NCBI GenBank assembly: GCA_965602195.1
Contig: CBFCYF010000003.1
Span: forward strand, 1-48,619
Direction: 5' to 3'
Source: an uncultured archaeon
GTDB lineage: Archaea; Altiarchaeota; Altiarchaeia; IMC4; QMZM01
DNA: 48,619 bases
Made by a program: the position numbers and the translations under genes. Within the stretch, counting starts at the first letter, position 1. Every line of letters begins with the position of its first letter. The notes beneath the pieces were generated by a model, which ran no database searches, had not been told where the DNA came from, and saw nothing but the letters and a program-made list of their open reading frames with translations. Below are positions 47,181 to 48,619 of this stretch, one piece after another.

Positions 47181-47969
47181 ATGTTTAGATCAGATGACCC
47201 GCTTATCTGGAGATTAACACTATTCACGCTTTTTGTATTATGCCTTTGCACGTCGCTGATTTTTCAGACTAAATATAGCTCTTCAGATGATGAATTTTAT
47301 TTCTACATGTATATGGGAAGCTACATAACCCTGTTCATAGGCATAGGTTTGTTCATCAGAGTATTTTCTTTGATAAGGAAAAAGAGGTGGGTTGAGGATA
47401 TCCCAAGATCTAAGGTAAAGTCCATCGCCATGGGCTTGGTGGAGGTTTACGGAGTAGCGGAGAAGCATATAAACACGGTGGAGGCGCCGCATTCAAAAAT
47501 CAGGTGTCTCTGCTATAAGGTCATTAAGAAGAGTGAGGGGAAGAAGCTGGGGGAGAGGAGACTGGGTGTGCCTTTTTATTTAAGGGATAGGACGGGCAGG
47601 GTCTTGGTGGATCCCTGGAGGGCAGATGTAAGGATACCCCGGAGGGAGGCGTTTCATTATTCTGAGTCAATAAACACGGGTCGCGGGCATATAGTTTATA
47701 GCTACTGGGAGTATCTTGTCGTTGTGGGCAAAGCCTACTATGTGCTGGGAACAGCAGACAAGAAACCCCATAGCAAGGCGTCAACGAAAGGATGCGAGAA
47801 TATAATAATAAACAAGGGCGGGGCGGGAGCTCCGTTCATTATCTCAAGCAGAGAGGAAAGGGAGTTGGTTGATAGAATGACCGCCGACATATTCTGGGGG
47901 GTTGTTGGCGGCATATCCCTGATAGTGGCTTCCCTGATATATATGGCATGGTATACAAATATGCTTTAA
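47181..47969 (+). CDS. GIDE-domain membrane protein
   Basis: DIPRSKVKSIAMGLVEV, PFYLRDRTGRVLVDP, PFIIS; upstream of lemA. Confidence 0.8.
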   Translation: MFRSDDPLIWRLTLFTLFVLCLCTSLIFQTKYSSSDDEFYFYMYMGSYITLFIGIGLFIRVFSLIRKKRWVEDIPRSKVKSIAMGLVEVYGVAEKHINTVEAPHSKIRCLCYKVIKKSEGKKLGERRLGVPFYLRDRTGRVLVDPWRADVRIPRREAFHYSESINTGRGHIVYSYWEYLVVVGKAYYVLGTADKKPHSKASTKGCENIIINKGGAGAPFIISSREERELVDRMTADIFWGVVGGISLIVASLIYMAWYTNML

Positions 47970-47979
47970 ATGATTTAGA

Positions 47980-48528
47980 ATGATAACCGCAATCCAGACT
48001 ATTGCAGCAATAGCATTTCTCCTTCTTCTGGGGGTGGCAGTACACAACATAATAACGGTATACAACAGCCTGATGAGGCTGAAAAATAATATAAGAAAAT
48101 CCTGGTCGAATATTGATGTTTTGCTGAGGCAGAGAGGTGATGAAATACCTAACCTGGTCAAGGTGGCACAAGGATATATGAGATATGAACGTGATGTTCT
48201 GGTTAAGATAACAGAGGCTAGATCCGCATACATGAAGGCAAGGACGGTGGAGGGTAAGGTGAAAGCCACCAATATAGCTGAGAAAGCGTTGACGAATTTC
48301 TATGCTGTTGCTGAAAACTACCCCAGGTTGAAGGCAGATAAGCATTTCATCCGCCTGATGGAGAGGATAACGGAGCTGGAGAACCAGATAGCTGACCGCA
48401 GAGAATTATATAATGACTCAGTAACCATCTACAATACGAGGATAGAATCCATACCTGATCTGTTCATAGCCAGATTACTTGGCCTGAATAAGAGGTCTCT
48501 GTTCAGATTCAAGAAATTTACGAAGTAA
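47980..48528 (+). CDS. lemA: LemA-family protein
   Basis: YNSL, WSNIDVLL, ENYPRLKA, RELYN. Confidence 0.93.
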   Translation: MITAIQTIAAIAFLLLLGVAVHNIITVYNSLMRLKNNIRKSWSNIDVLLRQRGDEIPNLVKVAQGYMRYERDVLVKITEARSAYMKARTVEGKVKATNIAEKALTNFYAVAENYPRLKADKHFIRLMERITELENQIADRRELYNDSVTIYNTRIESIPDLFIARLLGLNKRSLFRFKKFTK

Positions 48529-48619
48529 ATTTCTTGGTTAAATTGGAAATCTGAAAGATTTTAAAATTTGCCTTGCAAATTTTAAAGCCCCTGAATGCGA
48601 AGCATTCAATGGGTTTCTC

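Overview
Archaeal chromosomal window (TBP, TFB, Gar1, archaeal histone, GGGP synthase, CTP-dependent riboflavin kinase, intron-containing tRNA-Leu). The many Cys-rich surface proteins suggest a DPANN/Altiarchaeota-like host, but that is inference. The left 3.6 kb is a non-canonical integron-like system. Two clear attC sites (205-295, 1253-1339) and a hairpin-type first recombination site (2393-2437) delimit at least three gene cassettes on the minus strand. These lie directly downstream of a co-oriented tyrosine recombinase that has IntI-like N- and C-termini but lacks the IntI-specific insertion, carries an extra HARP-like N-terminal domain, and is broken by a +1 frameshift in a G9 tract. Two cassettes share an identical leader and near-identical trailer, and one carries a paralog of chromosomal Cys-repeat lipoproteins found 23 kb away. 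The rest is mostly housekeeping (pyrK, pyrC, trmI, speB, argC, ppsA, etc.). Other notable items: a TBP with a ~75-aa inserted domain, a very divergent RtcB-like protein, a RelBE pair, a four-Roadblock/V4R/TusA/YeeE cluster, and several dispersed hairpin repeats. All product calls come from motif recognition by eye, not database searches.
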